Shown here: positions 21,455-32,850 of the stretch, one piece after another
Position numbering within the stretch: the first letter of the stretch is position 1
How the letters are laid out: the number at the start of each line of letters is the position of its first letter
Position numbers and translations under genes: made by a program
NCBI GenBank assembly: GCA_965240325.2
Contig: OZ251222.1
Coordinates: 868,001 to 932,000, forward strand
Reading direction: 5' to 3'
Length of the DNA stretch: 64,000 nt
DNA from: Rebecca billardiae RCC1528
Taxonomy: Eukaryota; Protista; Haptophyta
Notes under the pieces: model-generated
Database searches by the model: none
What the model saw: only the letters and a program-made list of their open reading frames with translations
What the model was told of the DNA's origin: nothing

Positions 21455-24255
21455 TCAGAGAGGCTCCGCATTCGATTTGTAGGATGACGACACTGTGTTG
21501 AACGTTGTCAGCCGTGTTGGCGACGGCGGCCGCGGGCCGATCCTGTCCGCGGCGGCGGTGTCCACGTCGCGCTTGACGCTCAGCAGTCGCCTGAGCTCGT
21601 CCTCGACCACCTGCAGGCCCTGCGGCGTCTTGTCCACGCACATCGTGAGCCCGGCGCACTCGAACTCGACGCGATCCGGACTCCCCGACGGATCGCCCGT
21701 CATCCCGATGATCACGCCACCAAAGCCGCGGGCGCGCAGCTCCATCGTGGCCTCGATGCCTCCCATGATCGGCATCTGAAGGCCGGGAGCGGCGCAGCAG
21801 CGCGGCGCGCGGGCACGGGGAGGGCGGGCGCGCTCGTGAGCACGCGCAGCGCGTCGCGCGCGCGCGCGCGCACGCACGCGCGCCTGAGCTGCCGGCAGGG
21901 CAGCGCGCACCTGATTGTCCATCAGCACGACGTCAAAGGGCGGCTCGCCCGCGGCCGCGCGCCGCTCGACCGTGGCGATGGCCTCGCGCCCGTCCGCGGC
22001 GACGACGACAGTCGTCGCCGCCGGGTCTGGGAAGAGACGGATGCCGAGCGTGAGCTGCAGCATGGCGTCGTCCTCGACGTGCAGGCAGATGAGGGGTGCC
22101 GCCGTGCCGGTCGTCGCGGGGTGCGGCGAGCCGGCGTCGTCCGCTGCGGGAGCGCCCTGTGCCAGCCTGCTCAGGCGCAATTCTGACGCCGACCCATGGC
22201 CGCGAGACCCCCGGCCAAATTCGAGGAATGTCGGAGCGAATTTCCGCGGCGAGCGCCCGGGCGCGTCTTCAGACGTGTCCTCCAGCCTCTGCAGCCTGAG
22301 CACCATCTCGAAGCTCGTCCCCAGCCCACTCCCGTCCGAGAGCAGCCGCAGCTCCGAGTCGCCGTGCAGGGTGAGGATGTGTCGGACGATGCTGAGCCCG
22401 AGCCCGGTGCCGCCGTTGCCCTGCAGCTGGCCGCGGCCCACCTGCGCGAACGCCTCGCCCGTGCGCAGCTGCTCGAGCTCGTCGGCCGAGAGCCCGACGC
22501 CGGAGTCCTGCACGGTGATGATCAGCGGCGGAGCGGCCGCAGCCGCCGAGGGCGCGGCGACGTTGGCAGGCGCCTCGGGCTGTTCCGCCAAGCCCTCGCG
22601 CACGCGCAGCGTGATCGCGCCGCCGGCGTCGGTGAACTTGATCGCGTTGGAGATGCCGTTGCTCAGGCACTGCAGCAGCCGGCGGCTGTCGCCCAGGTAG
22701 CGCGCGTGTGCCAGGCGAGGTGGGAGCGGCTCGGACGCGAAGCGCAGCCCCTTGCTCTCCGCGAGCGCGCCAAACGCCACCTCGGCATCCTCCAGCATCC
22801 GCCCGAGCGAGAACGGCGCCTGCACCAGCTCGAGCCGCCCGCTGTCGATCCGCTCGAAGTCGAGCATGTCCGAAACGATCCCCTCCATCAGCCGCGTGCA
22901 CGTCTCGACGGCCGAGAGCGCGCGCAGCACTGGCGCGGCGTCCAGCGTGGTGCGCCCGTCCATCCCCGCCAGCACGTCCACCATGTTGTGCACGGAGAGC
23001 ATCGGCGAGCGAAGGTCTGCGCACGGCGCGCGGCGAGCACGGCCGCGCGGTCTCACCGCCGCGCCGCCGGCGAGAGCCGGCAGGCGCGCTCGCGTGCGCG
23101 CGCAGCGGGTGCGACAATTGGAGCACGCGCGCACGAGTCGGGCGCATGCGCGCGCGCACCGTGCATCACCACGCGGACCAGCTTGGAGCGCGCGTCCTTG
23201 GCGGCCGAGAGCCGCGACGCGTGCGTGCGCGCCTCGAGCTCGACTCGCTTCATCTCCTCCCACGCGCGCGCGCCTCTCCGCACCGCGCGCTTGTAGGACC
23301 ACTGCTTGCGCTCGGTCGTGATGCGGTGCGCGGTGGCCTTCAGCACGGCCACCGGTATGAACGTCACGACGGCGGCATGGCTCGTGAGCGGCGCAAAGTC
23401 CGTGGGCGAGATGAAGATCTCGCCCACGATCACCGCCACGACGATGAGGGTGCACGTGGTGGCGAACTGGACGAGCTGCATGCGCGTGAAGAGCCCGGCC
23501 GCCATGAACACCGCGCACATCTTCGCGCACATCGCCCAGCCAGCTCCGATTGTGCCGGCGACACCGAGCTCGAGCTCCTCCGTCACCGTCCCCGCGATTC
23601 GCGCCGCGAGCAGCGCCGTGCGCTCGGGCGTGAGGACGATCATGTTGACGGTCACCATCAGGAGCCACGAGATCAAGATGGTGTCCATCACGCGGAAGGA
23701 GACACGCGCGCGCACCCGCGGCACGCGCCACACCGCGGCGCACAACAGGAGGACCGGGTAGCCACACGCGTACGCGCCGATCTGCAGCACGCTCTTCAGC
23801 GATCCCAGGCCGGAGTGTGGGAGGCTGAGCTCGTGCGCGATGGTGACTGGGTATACCAACGCCGAGAAGGCGGTGATGAAGGCGTACGCGCGCGCATGCT
23901 CCCGCCGCATGTCCATTTCGAAGTCGCGCTCGAGATCTGGCTGCCGAAACGTGCACAGCCAGCTCAGCCTCGCGGCGGCCGCTGCCTCGAGGGGCGAGGG
24001 GGAGGCCGCTGCCTCGAGGGGCGAGGGGGAAGCCCCTGGCTCGCTGGCCGGCTCGATTCGCTCCGGGTCGGCGACCGCGTACACGACATCGGATGGAGTC
24101 GATCGATGGCCGTCAAGCGCATCGCCTGTCGACGCATCCACGCCTGCGGCTTCCGCGGGCACGATCGGCGAATGCGGCATGAACGGCCTGCGATGAAGCA
24201 TTCTCCTCGACCAAGAAGGGGCCACGCCGACGGGATTTTGTCCACCCTTCGGCAT
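21455..24255 (-). CDS. Membrane-anchored hybrid histidine kinase (multi-TM, HisKA, HATPase, receiver); introns 23017-23159 and 21776-21910
   Basis: H-box RVVMH^DLRSP formed by splicing; N-box NGISNAIKFT, G1 VQDSGVG, G2 GGTGLGLSIV; receiver LHVEDD...FDVVLMDNQ^MPIMGG...IIGMTG...VDK; start codon uncertain (24255 or downstream). Confidence 0.9.
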
Positions 24256-25064
24256 GGGTAGTGAACAAGTGCTTGAGAAGTGGTTACTACTATGGTAGTA
24301 GTACGGCTCTTGGTAGTAGTACCGAATAACGTCTTCAATATCTTCAGCTGGGAGATTTGGAAACGAGATCTCGGGCGACGATCTCAAACAATAACGGACG
24401 TATCCCCATAGTATTTATTCCTTCCATCTTTCCATATCTCCTTCAGTCCTTCTAGTTGTATTCGTCAATATTTGCGGTTGACGTGATCGGTGGTCATCAT
24501 GCGGTTAATCAATGTGCTCGATACTCTCGATAATTGCAAGGCAGGGTAGGGCTGGAGGCTTCGGCCGCCAGTCTGATCACCCGGAGCCCGTTATAAAGGG
24601 GAATAATTTCATACACTGCACGCTTTGGTTCAGTACCCAATGGTGTAAGAAGTGAGTAAGTGAATGGGCACCGGTATCGCAAGTGCTTCGATGCGTCGCT
24701 TCTTCCCGCCCGTCATCACGAGTGAGTGCGGGGAGATCCCCAGCCTGGGCAGCAAGAGAAGGCGGCTCGCCTCGCCGAGCAATGCTGCCCACAATCCCGC
24801 GCCGCGCGTGCGCACGCGCCTCCCGGGTTAGTTTTGGGGTGGGGTCGTTTGGGGTCATTTTCAAACGCGCCTGGCGCGAGCATGTGTGGCCGCGGCGACC
24901 AGAACGGGCCCCAGCACGGGTGCCTTACTGCGACACGGGCGTCCTCCGGCTTGTCCTCGACGGCGAGGGCGAGGGGTGCCCATCTTGCATCCGTCCAAGC
25001 CTCTCCGCGAGGGATGGTTTTGGCAGTTGATGCCACCCCAAAACTAGTAACCCAGCCCGGCCGG

Positions 25065-26295
25065 AACTCAATGACAGGTCTGCACCGTCGCAAGGCATGC
25101 CAATTATGTGAGCATAGCCGTCAGAAGGTGTTCCCGATGCCCATCGGCGGACGTCGCCCGTGGTCCGCCGTAGACCATCAGCACCGGCGCGCTGGCTCCG
25201 CAGCACGAGGACGTCAGCCGACGTGGACGTGGACGTGCCGCAGACGTGAGAGTGGTCGATAAACAGTCAAAAGGGATAAGCTGTCACTTGACCGCTCACC
25301 CGCGCGTACGACCGCGCCAACCTGCCTACGCCACCCCTCGGTGACCCGGCCGTGGCGCTGGGGCCCTCGATCGCCCTGGACGGGCAACATGCACGCCCGC
25401 ACGTTGCTCGTGTTGCGCGCTCGGGCGCCCGGCCGCCGCCGCGCAGGCACCGGATTTCCGGCCACGCAGGAGGCTGGCCCTGCTTCTCCACAGGGAAAAA
25501 CCGCCGGCCCCCGCCGGCGGCGCAAGGGAGGTCGTGGCGTGCCTCCTACTGCTCCCCCGCGGACCGCCCAGCACGCAGCGCGCACGCCGGCCTCGCCGGT
25601 GCGCCCGCCCGCCGCGCAGGGCTCGGACGCTGAGGCGCTGCAGGCGAACGACGAGCAGCAGCACTCTCAGAAGCGGAAGAAGAAGCCCCGGCGTGGGAAG
25701 CGCGGGCAACGGCGCGACGCCGAGGGCCGACGGATTCGTTCTCCATCGAGCCGTCGCTCCTCGACGCGCCGCGCCGTCAAGGAACGCCAGGCGCGCAAGG
25801 CGGCGCGCCTGGCACCGACCGCTGCACCCACGCCAGTCCCTGCTGCCCCGCTCCACGAGGACCGAGACTCGCCCCCGGGCGACGACTTGGACGACGAGGA
25901 GCTGCCGCAGCAGCGGACGAAGCGCACCCTGGACGACGCCGCAGCGCCAGCCGCCGCCAGCCAGCCAGCTGGCTCGAGCGGCAAGCGCGTACGCGACCGC
26001 CCGGGGAGCACGGGGCAGGTACGACCAGCTGCTAGTGCTACCAGCGGCTGAGACTGCCAGCTGACATCCGGACCTGCACCATCGCCCTCGCTCGGGGCAC
26101 AGCAGGGCCATGCGAGCCGCGCAGCGCAGGTGGATCGCGCTCCAGCAGCTCAAGGCCGCGCTCAAGCTTTACGATCGCGGTGCAGGCTATGCTCTGCCAC
26201 CAACGCCGACTTCGTGTCGACGATCGGGCACTGCCGCCGACGAATCAGGAGACCCGCGTCGTCCTACCTGTGTCGTTAAATCATAGAATGGGTCC
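25065..26295 (+). mobile_element. Degenerate element (end-pair family E/D) enclosing a low-complexity basic ORF (~25620-26051)
   Basis: 25065-25400 matches reverse complement of 56200-56490 and 56850-57180; 26130-26295 matches 34199-34352 and RC of 54482-54545 (ends ...TTAAATCATAGAATGGGTCC). Confidence 0.55.
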
Positions 26296-26334
26296 AGTCC
26301 TATTAAAGTCCTTCAACCAGATCGGACTGGCGGA

Positions 26335-27843
26335 ATGATGACGCCGGTCGGCGATGGCGACGTGCCGCCGGCGCCAGCAGCGCCGGCGGCAGGCGACATC
26401 GCGCTGGGCCCCATCAAGTTTGGCTCGATGTCGCAGCTAGACCTGAGCAACAACCCGTACTTCTCGGCCGGCTTCGGCCTGGGCATCCTCGGCACGGGCC
26501 TCGCGCTCATGCGTGGCGCGTCGCGGACGGCGGTGATGCTCGCGCAGCGCCACTTCCTCGTGACGCTCGAGGTGACGAGCAAGGACCGGAGCTACCCGTG
26601 GGTGCTCAACCTGCTGACCTCGCAAGCCGGCGCGCGCACGACCATGGGGCAGCACCTCAGCGTCGACACCGTCGTGCAGAAGCACGCGTCCGGCCGCGTG
26701 ACGACGCGATTCGACTTCCAGCCGTGCCCGGGCCGGCACGTGCTCCTCTACCGCTCGCGGTACATGCTGGTGGAGCGCACGCGCGAGCAGCAGACGGTGG
26801 ACCTGCAGACCGGCAAGCCGTGGGAGTGCCTCAAGCTCACGACCATCGGCCGCAGCCGCGCCGTCTTCGAGGACTTCCTCAACGACGCCGCGCAGCTCGC
26901 CGACACGCGCGAGGAGCACACCACGACCATCTACACCAACTGGGGCACGGAGTGGCGGCCGTTCGGCGTGCCACGGCGGCGGCGGCCGATCGGCTCGGTC
27001 GTGCTGGACGACGGCGTGGCCGAGTCCGTCCTCGCCGACGTGCGCGAGTTCCTCGGCTCCTCGCAGTGGTACATCGACCGAGGCATCCCGTACCGGCGCG
27101 GCTACCTGCTGCACGGCCCGCCCGGCTCCGGCAAGTCCTCGTTCATCGCCGCGCTCGCGGGCGAGATCGGGTACGACATCTGCGTGCTCAACCTGTCCGA
27201 GGGCGGGCTGACGGACGACCGGCTCGCGCACGCGCTCTCGACGCTCCCGCCCAGCTCGCTCGTCCTCCTCGAGGACGTGGACGCCGCGTTCGTGCAGCGC
27301 GAGGGCAACGAGCGGCACCGAAGTTTCGTCACCTTCTCCGGGCTGCTCAACACGCTCGACGGCGTCGCGGCGGGCGAGGAGCGCATCGTCTTCATGACGA
27401 CGAACCACATCGAGCGGCTCGACCCGGCGCTCGTGCGCCCGGGGCGGGTCGACGTCATCCGCCGGATCGGCGACGCCTCCGCCTCGCAGATGGAGCGCAT
27501 GTTCCAAAAGTTCTTCCCGCCGACCGAGCCGGAGCACGCGGACGGCGCGCGCCAGTTTGCGGCCATGCTCCAGGGGCAGGCGGTGAGCATGGCGATGCTG
27601 CAGGGTTTCTTCCTGACGCACAAGGGGAGCGCGGCGGAGGCGCTTGCGCACGTGCCCGAGCTGCAGCGCGAGATCGCTGAGCTTGCAATCATGCAGGCGC
27701 AGCTGCGTGACGCACGTGTGTCGCTGCAAGCAGCAGATGACGCCGCCGCGGGCTCCGACGACGGGAAACGCGGTGACGCGGATGGCGGCGGTGGCGGTCG
27801 GGGCGATGCACGTGCTCCAGAGTATCCACCCAGACCTCTTTAG
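26335..27843 (+). CDS. BCS1: Mitochondrial chaperone BCS1 (AAA ATPase)
   Basis: NPYFSAGFGL TM motif, TLEVTSKDRSYPWVL, GIPYRRGYLLHGPPGSGKSS, LLEDVDA, VTFSGLLNTLDGV, MTTNHIERLDPALVRPGRVD. Confidence 0.96.
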   Translation: MMTPVGDGDVPPAPAAPAAGDIALGPIKFGSMSQLDLSNNPYFSAGFGLGILGTGLALMRGASRTAVMLAQRHFLVTLEVTSKDRSYPWVLNLLTSQAGARTTMGQHLSVDTVVQKHASGRVTTRFDFQPCPGRHVLLYRSRYMLVERTREQQTVDLQTGKPWECLKLTTIGRSRAVFEDFLNDAAQLADTREEHTTTIYTNWGTEWRPFGVPRRRRPIGSVVLDDGVAESVLADVREFLGSSQWYIDRGIPYRRGYLLHGPPGSGKSSFIAALAGEIGYDICVLNLSEGGLTDDRLAHALSTLPPSSLVLLEDVDAAFVQREGNERHRSFVTFSGLLNTLDGVAAGEERIVFMTTNHIERLDPALVRPGRVDVIRRIGDASASQMERMFQKFFPPTEPEHADGARQFAAMLQGQAVSMAMLQGFFLTHKGSAAEALAHVPELQREIAELAIMQAQLRDARVSLQAADDAAAGSDDGKRGDADGGGGGRGDARAPEYPPRPL

Positions 27844-28186
27844 ACGCCTCGTCACTCGTCATCGTCAGAATCGTCGTCAGCAAACTGTTGCATGAGCACC
27901 GAGTGCCCTGGCCACTGGGCCTCGGGCCCGGGGCCGTCGGAGCGCTGCACGAGTCGGCCGAGTAAGTACTATTATTATAAGTCGGTGCGCGTCGTATCAT
28001 AGTATTCGCGTCTGCTGCGGCTGAAATCATCAGCAGTGCGTAGAGTATCATCATCATCCATCAATAATCATTGGCATTGGCAGTGTCACTGCTGGCAATG
28101 ACATTAATCATCGCGGCGGCCCGCCGGGCCCGGGCGCCCCACTGGTCGCACTGCCCGAGTGCCGCAAGTCGTGCGGCGCCGTCTGA

Positions 28187-29710
28187 TCATGTGCAGCCAC
28201 GCGGCCTCCGCTGCCGCAGCGCCTGGCGGTACACCGACGGCAGCGACGCCGCCCGCAGCGGGAACGGCAGCGCCGGCAGCTTCTTGCGCGAGAGCGGGTG
28301 CAGCTGCGCCTCGATCCACCGCTCATAGTCGGACAGGACGCGCAGCCAGTCAACGCGCGCACAGCTGCCCTCGGCCGGGAGCACGCGGTCGAGAAGGTCG
28401 AGCAGCAGCTTCGGCTCGAGCGCGGCCGCGTGGTCGCCGCTCTCTGTCTCCGGCGCGTACCGCCTGAACCGCCCCGGCATCGCGCCCGGCACGCCCAGCG
28501 GCGCGTGCAGCTGGCCCGCGACGATGGCGCACGTGACCGTGAAGAGCGCGGTGTCGCCGTACGCGTCGTGCAGCGCGCCGTGCAGCTCGATCACGACCGA
28601 GCCTGGCGCCATGTACCGGCAGAGGTGCAGGCTGCTGCCAAACAGGCTGATCACCGCGCGCGCGCGCGCGAACAGGCCGAACTCGTGCCGCAGCGGCAGC
28701 TCGTGCACGTGCGCGCCCACGAACTGCAAGCCCGGGTGCGTGCGCGCCGCCCACGCGCGCACCGCCTTCTCAACGATGGGCTCGCGCAGCAAGCGGCGGC
28801 GGTTGGGCCAGCGCGCGGAGCGCACGAAGAGTAGGATGGGCGCATCGTCCCGCCCGAGCAGCTTCGCGCGCGCGCTCGGGCTGCGCAGCAGCATCGGCCG
28901 CGCGTGCGCCCGCAGGCTCGCTGTCACGGCCGAGTGCTCGAAAAACGGCCCGTTTTTCAGCCCGGCCAACAGCGTCACGCGGCCGCGCAGCGCGGGCGGC
29001 AAGCCACCGTATTGCATGCAGCAGGTGGAGACGCAGAGTGGTACCCACGGTGCCGACTCGAACGTCAGCCCGAGCCCCGCCTCATCCCCGCCGAAGAGGG
29101 CGGGCAGCTCCTGGAGCGCGCTCCGGCCGGGACCGCGCGGGGCGCTCGGGAGGTAGACCGTCAGCCGCCGCTTCCACCGCCCGCCCGTGCGCGGCGCGGC
29201 GAGCGTGCAGAAGAAGGCGAGAATGTACGTGTGCACGTGGCCGAAGAGCGCGGGCGTCTGCCGGTCGTGGCTGAAGGCCAGGGCCACAGCGCCGCCTCTG
29301 CCCGCGAGGGCATCCAGGGTGTTGTTGTGGAGAGGCGGCAAGAAGGTGCCACCCTTGTCGAGGCGGTCGGCGCAAATCGCCTTCTCGCCGCCGAAGACGT
29401 CGCGCGCATCGACGATGCGCTCGTACTGGCGCGGATCCAATATGTCCGTCAAACGCGCGCCCGCAATGGGCAACGGCGGCGATGTGGAGTTCCACGCGCG
29501 CACGCGCGTCACCCTGCAATCAACGGCAGTCGGCGGGTATTCCGGTGGGCGGAGCACACGGCAGCGTTTCGGGTACGGAAGGAGCGTGCTGGCGGGCACT
29601 GCTTGGTCGCCATGCCCGGACCCCACCCCCAGCCCTACGAGCACGACGGCGGCCAGTGGCGCGCTAGTCGTGACGTGGCAGCAACTTGAGGCCGTGCGGC
29701 CGGCGGCCAT
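28187..29710 (-). CDS. GT61 (DUF563)-type glycosyltransferase
   Basis: ATG 29710, N-terminal hydrophobic segment; FGHVH, ILLFVRS...NRRRLLRE, LPLRHEFGLFARARAVISLFGSSLHLCRYMAPGSVVIEL. Confidence 0.75.
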   Translation of the reverse strand: MAAGRTASSCCHVTTSAPLAAVVLVGLGVGSGHGDQAVPASTLLPYPKRCRVLRPPEYPPTAVDCRVTRVRAWNSTSPPLPIAGARLTDILDPRQYERIVDARDVFGGEKAICADRLDKGGTFLPPLHNNTLDALAGRGGAVALAFSHDRQTPALFGHVHTYILAFFCTLAAPRTGGRWKRRLTVYLPSAPRGPGRSALQELPALFGGDEAGLGLTFESAPWVPLCVSTCCMQYGGLPPALRGRVTLLAGLKNGPFFEHSAVTASLRAHARPMLLRSPSARAKLLGRDDAPILLFVRSARWPNRRRLLREPIVEKAVRAWAARTHPGLQFVGAHVHELPLRHEFGLFARARAVISLFGSSLHLCRYMAPGSVVIELHGALHDAYGDTALFTVTCAIVAGQLHAPLGVPGAMPGRFRRYAPETESGDHAAALEPKLLLDLLDRVLPAEGSCARVDWLRVLSDYERWIEAQLHPLSRKKLPALPFPLRAASLPSVYRQALRQRRPRGCT

Positions 29711-29832
29711 CGTTCGGTCGTTGACCAATTCTATGATTTCAAGCAGCAATTAAAACTGTCACCGGCTCACCGCCCATGAGGCCGTCGCCGATGGTGGCGC
29801 CGCCGGACGACTCATTCAGCCGTCCTATAAGT

Positions 29833-29835
<3 letters not shown>

Positions 29836-29924
<89 letters not shown>
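29836..29924. repeat. (TA)n microsatellite (~44 units)
   Basis: Perfect TA run. Confidence 0.97.
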
Positions 29925-29925
<1 letters not shown>

Positions 29926-31305
29926 TAAAACTGGGATGCCAGTCACGACGGGGGGTCCACGTACTCCATGTAGTACAGTGTATGTACGCCGCCAGTACAG
30001 GTGTGATGCCAGCGGCACCGCGCGCCTGGCATTATTCGCCGACGAACTGTAGTGCAACTTTATGACCTGGCGGCGTATGTCGCGGACACTAGTCATATAT
30101 ATATATCGCTCGCACTTCGTAGCAGCGCTTCAGGCGGCGTCAAGTGCTGGCGGCGATGGCAGTAGTGTAGTCGCACCTGCTGTGCACAAGTGCCATCGTC
30201 ATCGTGGCGGTGTAGTTACAGTTACATCAGAAATCAGTGATGCATGTTTGACGATCTCGTCCCCGTCGTCGTCCGTAGCTATTGGCTACTACCGCCAGCA
30301 CCGGGGCCCGCGGGCTCAGGAATCGCGCGTTGCTGATGTCGTACGGTAGTACTAGTATGTGGGGTTATTGGTGCAATAACTGATTGTCTAAGAGGACGAC
30401 AAGGACGCCGCGCGCCAGCGGCGCTGCTCATCAAGTCATCAGCTCCATCGGGCAGTCTACCGTACCATTACCTCAACGAGCTGCTGCCGGACAAACAGCC
30501 CGTCCGGGTTGTTCCGTCCCGGACAAGAAGATCTTCGTTTCGGGGCGGTGATCACGGCGGCATCTTGGCAAGTTCAGCCGCGGCGCGAGCGAAGGCTTGT
30601 GGCCGCATCGACTACCACGTGCGCCCCGCGTCGCCGGACGGCTGCGGCTCGCACGCGGGTGGCGCGTCGCGTGCACCGACCAACATGCATGCACCTTTCG
30701 GCAACTACCCGCCCACCCAGGGCCCGTTGATCTGGTGCTCGGGCGGCGGGACCACAACGCCCGCCGTCCGACCGCCCGGTCTTGCGGCGCTGCACTTAGT
30801 TACGGGGCTCATGTCGTCGGACGACCCCCGCCTGCGTCCCAACACCGAACACGCCCACTGTTATTAAGGGTTTTCACTTTCAGGGAAGGTCGTCGTCCCC
30901 ACGGCTAGCAGTGCTGCACCCGGGCGGTGGTGGAGGTTCAGTCGACGAGTTTCACGCACCTTGTCTCGTCGACGGCGAGCGGCATGCCCACCGCATCTGC
31001 TGCCGCTCGCCAAGGCATGAGGACACGTAAATCCGCCCACTGAGTAGCCGTAGGAACACACGTTGCCACACGCAGCCGCCTCGGCATCGACATGATATCG
31101 GTGACGGCGCACCTGCGATCAGCGCCGTAAGACTGCGCAGACGCGACGGTCAGCTTCGACTGAAGACGCTGACCGCGCACTGGCGGCCGCCCACCACCCG
31201 GCCACCGGGCCGGCGGCGTGGCACGGCCGCGGCAGGCCCCACGGCCAGCGGGCCAGAGTGTAGTCGGTCAAGGTGGTCGGCCCGTCGGGGGACTGGGCGG
31301 CAGCA

Positions 31306-32685
31306 TCACATGAGCATAGCAGCAGCGCGAGCGCTGTGGCGGCGGCGTGCAGCGAGTAGACCCGCGGCCACCGCGGCCACTGCGAGGAGAGTAATGGCGC
31401 ATGCAGCCAGGGCCAGTGACAGGGAACTCACGACCTGCGAGGCGGACGTGCCGCGAAGTGCGCTGCGCATCCTGCGCAAGTCGTAGGGGCTGCCTGGCTG
31501 GAACCCAAGCTGTAGGTTGCAGTTGCACGCAGAGTCGGGGTCTGCGAGGACGGTGAAATTGCAGGGCTTGACCTCGCGCTTCCCCGAGACGGACGGGAAA
31601 GCAGTGCCCGGGCCGGTTGAGGTCGGCGTTGCATACCACGGCGGGATCGGGTCGTAGAAGTCCACATTCGTCGAAGGCGAGATCGAGCTCCAGTGAGCCA
31701 CGTTCCCCTCTTGGGGCAGCGCGTAGCTGCAGTCCGTGTTCACGGAGTAGCCCTCCATCGCGTTGAAGACGTAGTCGAACTGGACAGCCGTGCTGAGGTT
31801 GACCCACACGTTGTACGGCGCCCAGCCACCCGGCGCCCCGCCAAACTCGATGTTCCACCACTCGGTCGGGGCGGCGAAGCTCTCGAAGGTGACCGGGAGC
31901 ACATGGCCGTGGGCGAGATTGAAGACCGGCCCGTGCAGGTGCAGCCCACTCGCCGAGGTCCAGAACACAGCCCCGCAGTACGCCGTCTGCACGCCGGAGC
32001 ACCACGCATGCTTCTTGGTGGCAGGATCTGGCGGGTCGTACATGAGCGTGGCCAGCAGGTATGCCTGGTCTTGCAGCTCGTAGGTGTCGCCGGGGTAGGC
32101 GCGCCCACAGATCTGCCCGCCCTTCCCGTGCTCAGTCATCGCATACCCGAACAGGTAGAAGAGCGTCGTGTGGTTCACGCGCCAGCCGGTGTCCCTGTCG
32201 GGGATGTACGACTCGGGCACTGTCACCAGGCCTTGGTACAGCCCAAAATACGGAGCCATGCCTGGCCCGTACTGCCCGGCGTTTGCGAGGATGCCATTGT
32301 AGGAGTCCGACGCCGGGGGCGAGTACACGGAGCACTTGTATGCAGAGGCACCATCCTGCCACGGAACTTGCTCGTCCAGGCCGGCGCTCGCAGAGCGGCT
32401 CGCGTGTGCCGACGTGCGCCGCGCCGCAGCCATCTTGATGCACCGCTCATCGGCAGCATGGAACACGTACCCACCGGGGTAGGACGGATGGTAGATGTAG
32501 ACGCCTTCCGCCGCGTCCGTCACGTTCGCGCCATTCGGCACCTCGAGGACGCACTCCTTGGGCACCAAGCCGTGCAGAGGCACGCGGATGTGATCAGGGC
32601 CGGCCTCGTGCGCGCGAGCTGCTGCCAAGGCCACGAGCAGGGTGCCGAGTGTCTTCAACGCTGCTCCACGCAGACGGCCCGCCAT
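31306..32685 (-). CDS. Secreted/membrane-anchored Cys/aromatic-rich hypothetical protein
   Basis: Signal peptide, PLHGLVPKECVLEVPNG N-terminal motif, beta-rich body, C-terminal hydrophobic anchor; intronless 459 aa. Confidence 0.8.
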   Translation of the reverse strand: MAGRLRGAALKTLGTLLVALAAARAHEAGPDHIRVPLHGLVPKECVLEVPNGANVTDAAEGVYIYHPSYPGGYVFHAADERCIKMAAARRTSAHASRSASAGLDEQVPWQDGASAYKCSVYSPPASDSYNGILANAGQYGPGMAPYFGLYQGLVTVPESYIPDRDTGWRVNHTTLFYLFGYAMTEHGKGGQICGRAYPGDTYELQDQAYLLATLMYDPPDPATKKHAWCSGVQTAYCGAVFWTSASGLHLHGPVFNLAHGHVLPVTFESFAAPTEWWNIEFGGAPGGWAPYNVWVNLSTAVQFDYVFNAMEGYSVNTDCSYALPQEGNVAHWSSISPSTNVDFYDPIPPWYATPTSTGPGTAFPSVSGKREVKPCNFTVLADPDSACNCNLQLGFQPGSPYDLRRMRSALRGTSASQVVSSLSLALAACAITLLAVAAVAAGLLAARRRHSARAAAMLM

Positions 32686-32850
32686 GCCAGAGAAGGGCGC
32701 CGGTACCGGTAGGAGACTCCAGCCAGGCTCGTTCCTCGCCGGCGTGTCGTCCCCTCTCCTCCGGGAAGATGGACGTGAAGATGCGAAAGCAGCGCTGAGC
32801 GCTCACGCACTCCGCACTGGGTGGGTCCCACGTCGACAGCGTCCGCAGCG

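Noticed and set aside
23977-24030. 27-bp duplication in the kinase N-terminus
   Set aside because: Simple in-frame duplication (ASPSPLEAA x2) in a disordered region.
30470-31180. Possible small gene between GT61 and the secreted protein
   Set aside because: Only short ORFs with no recognisable motif or consistent codon bias.
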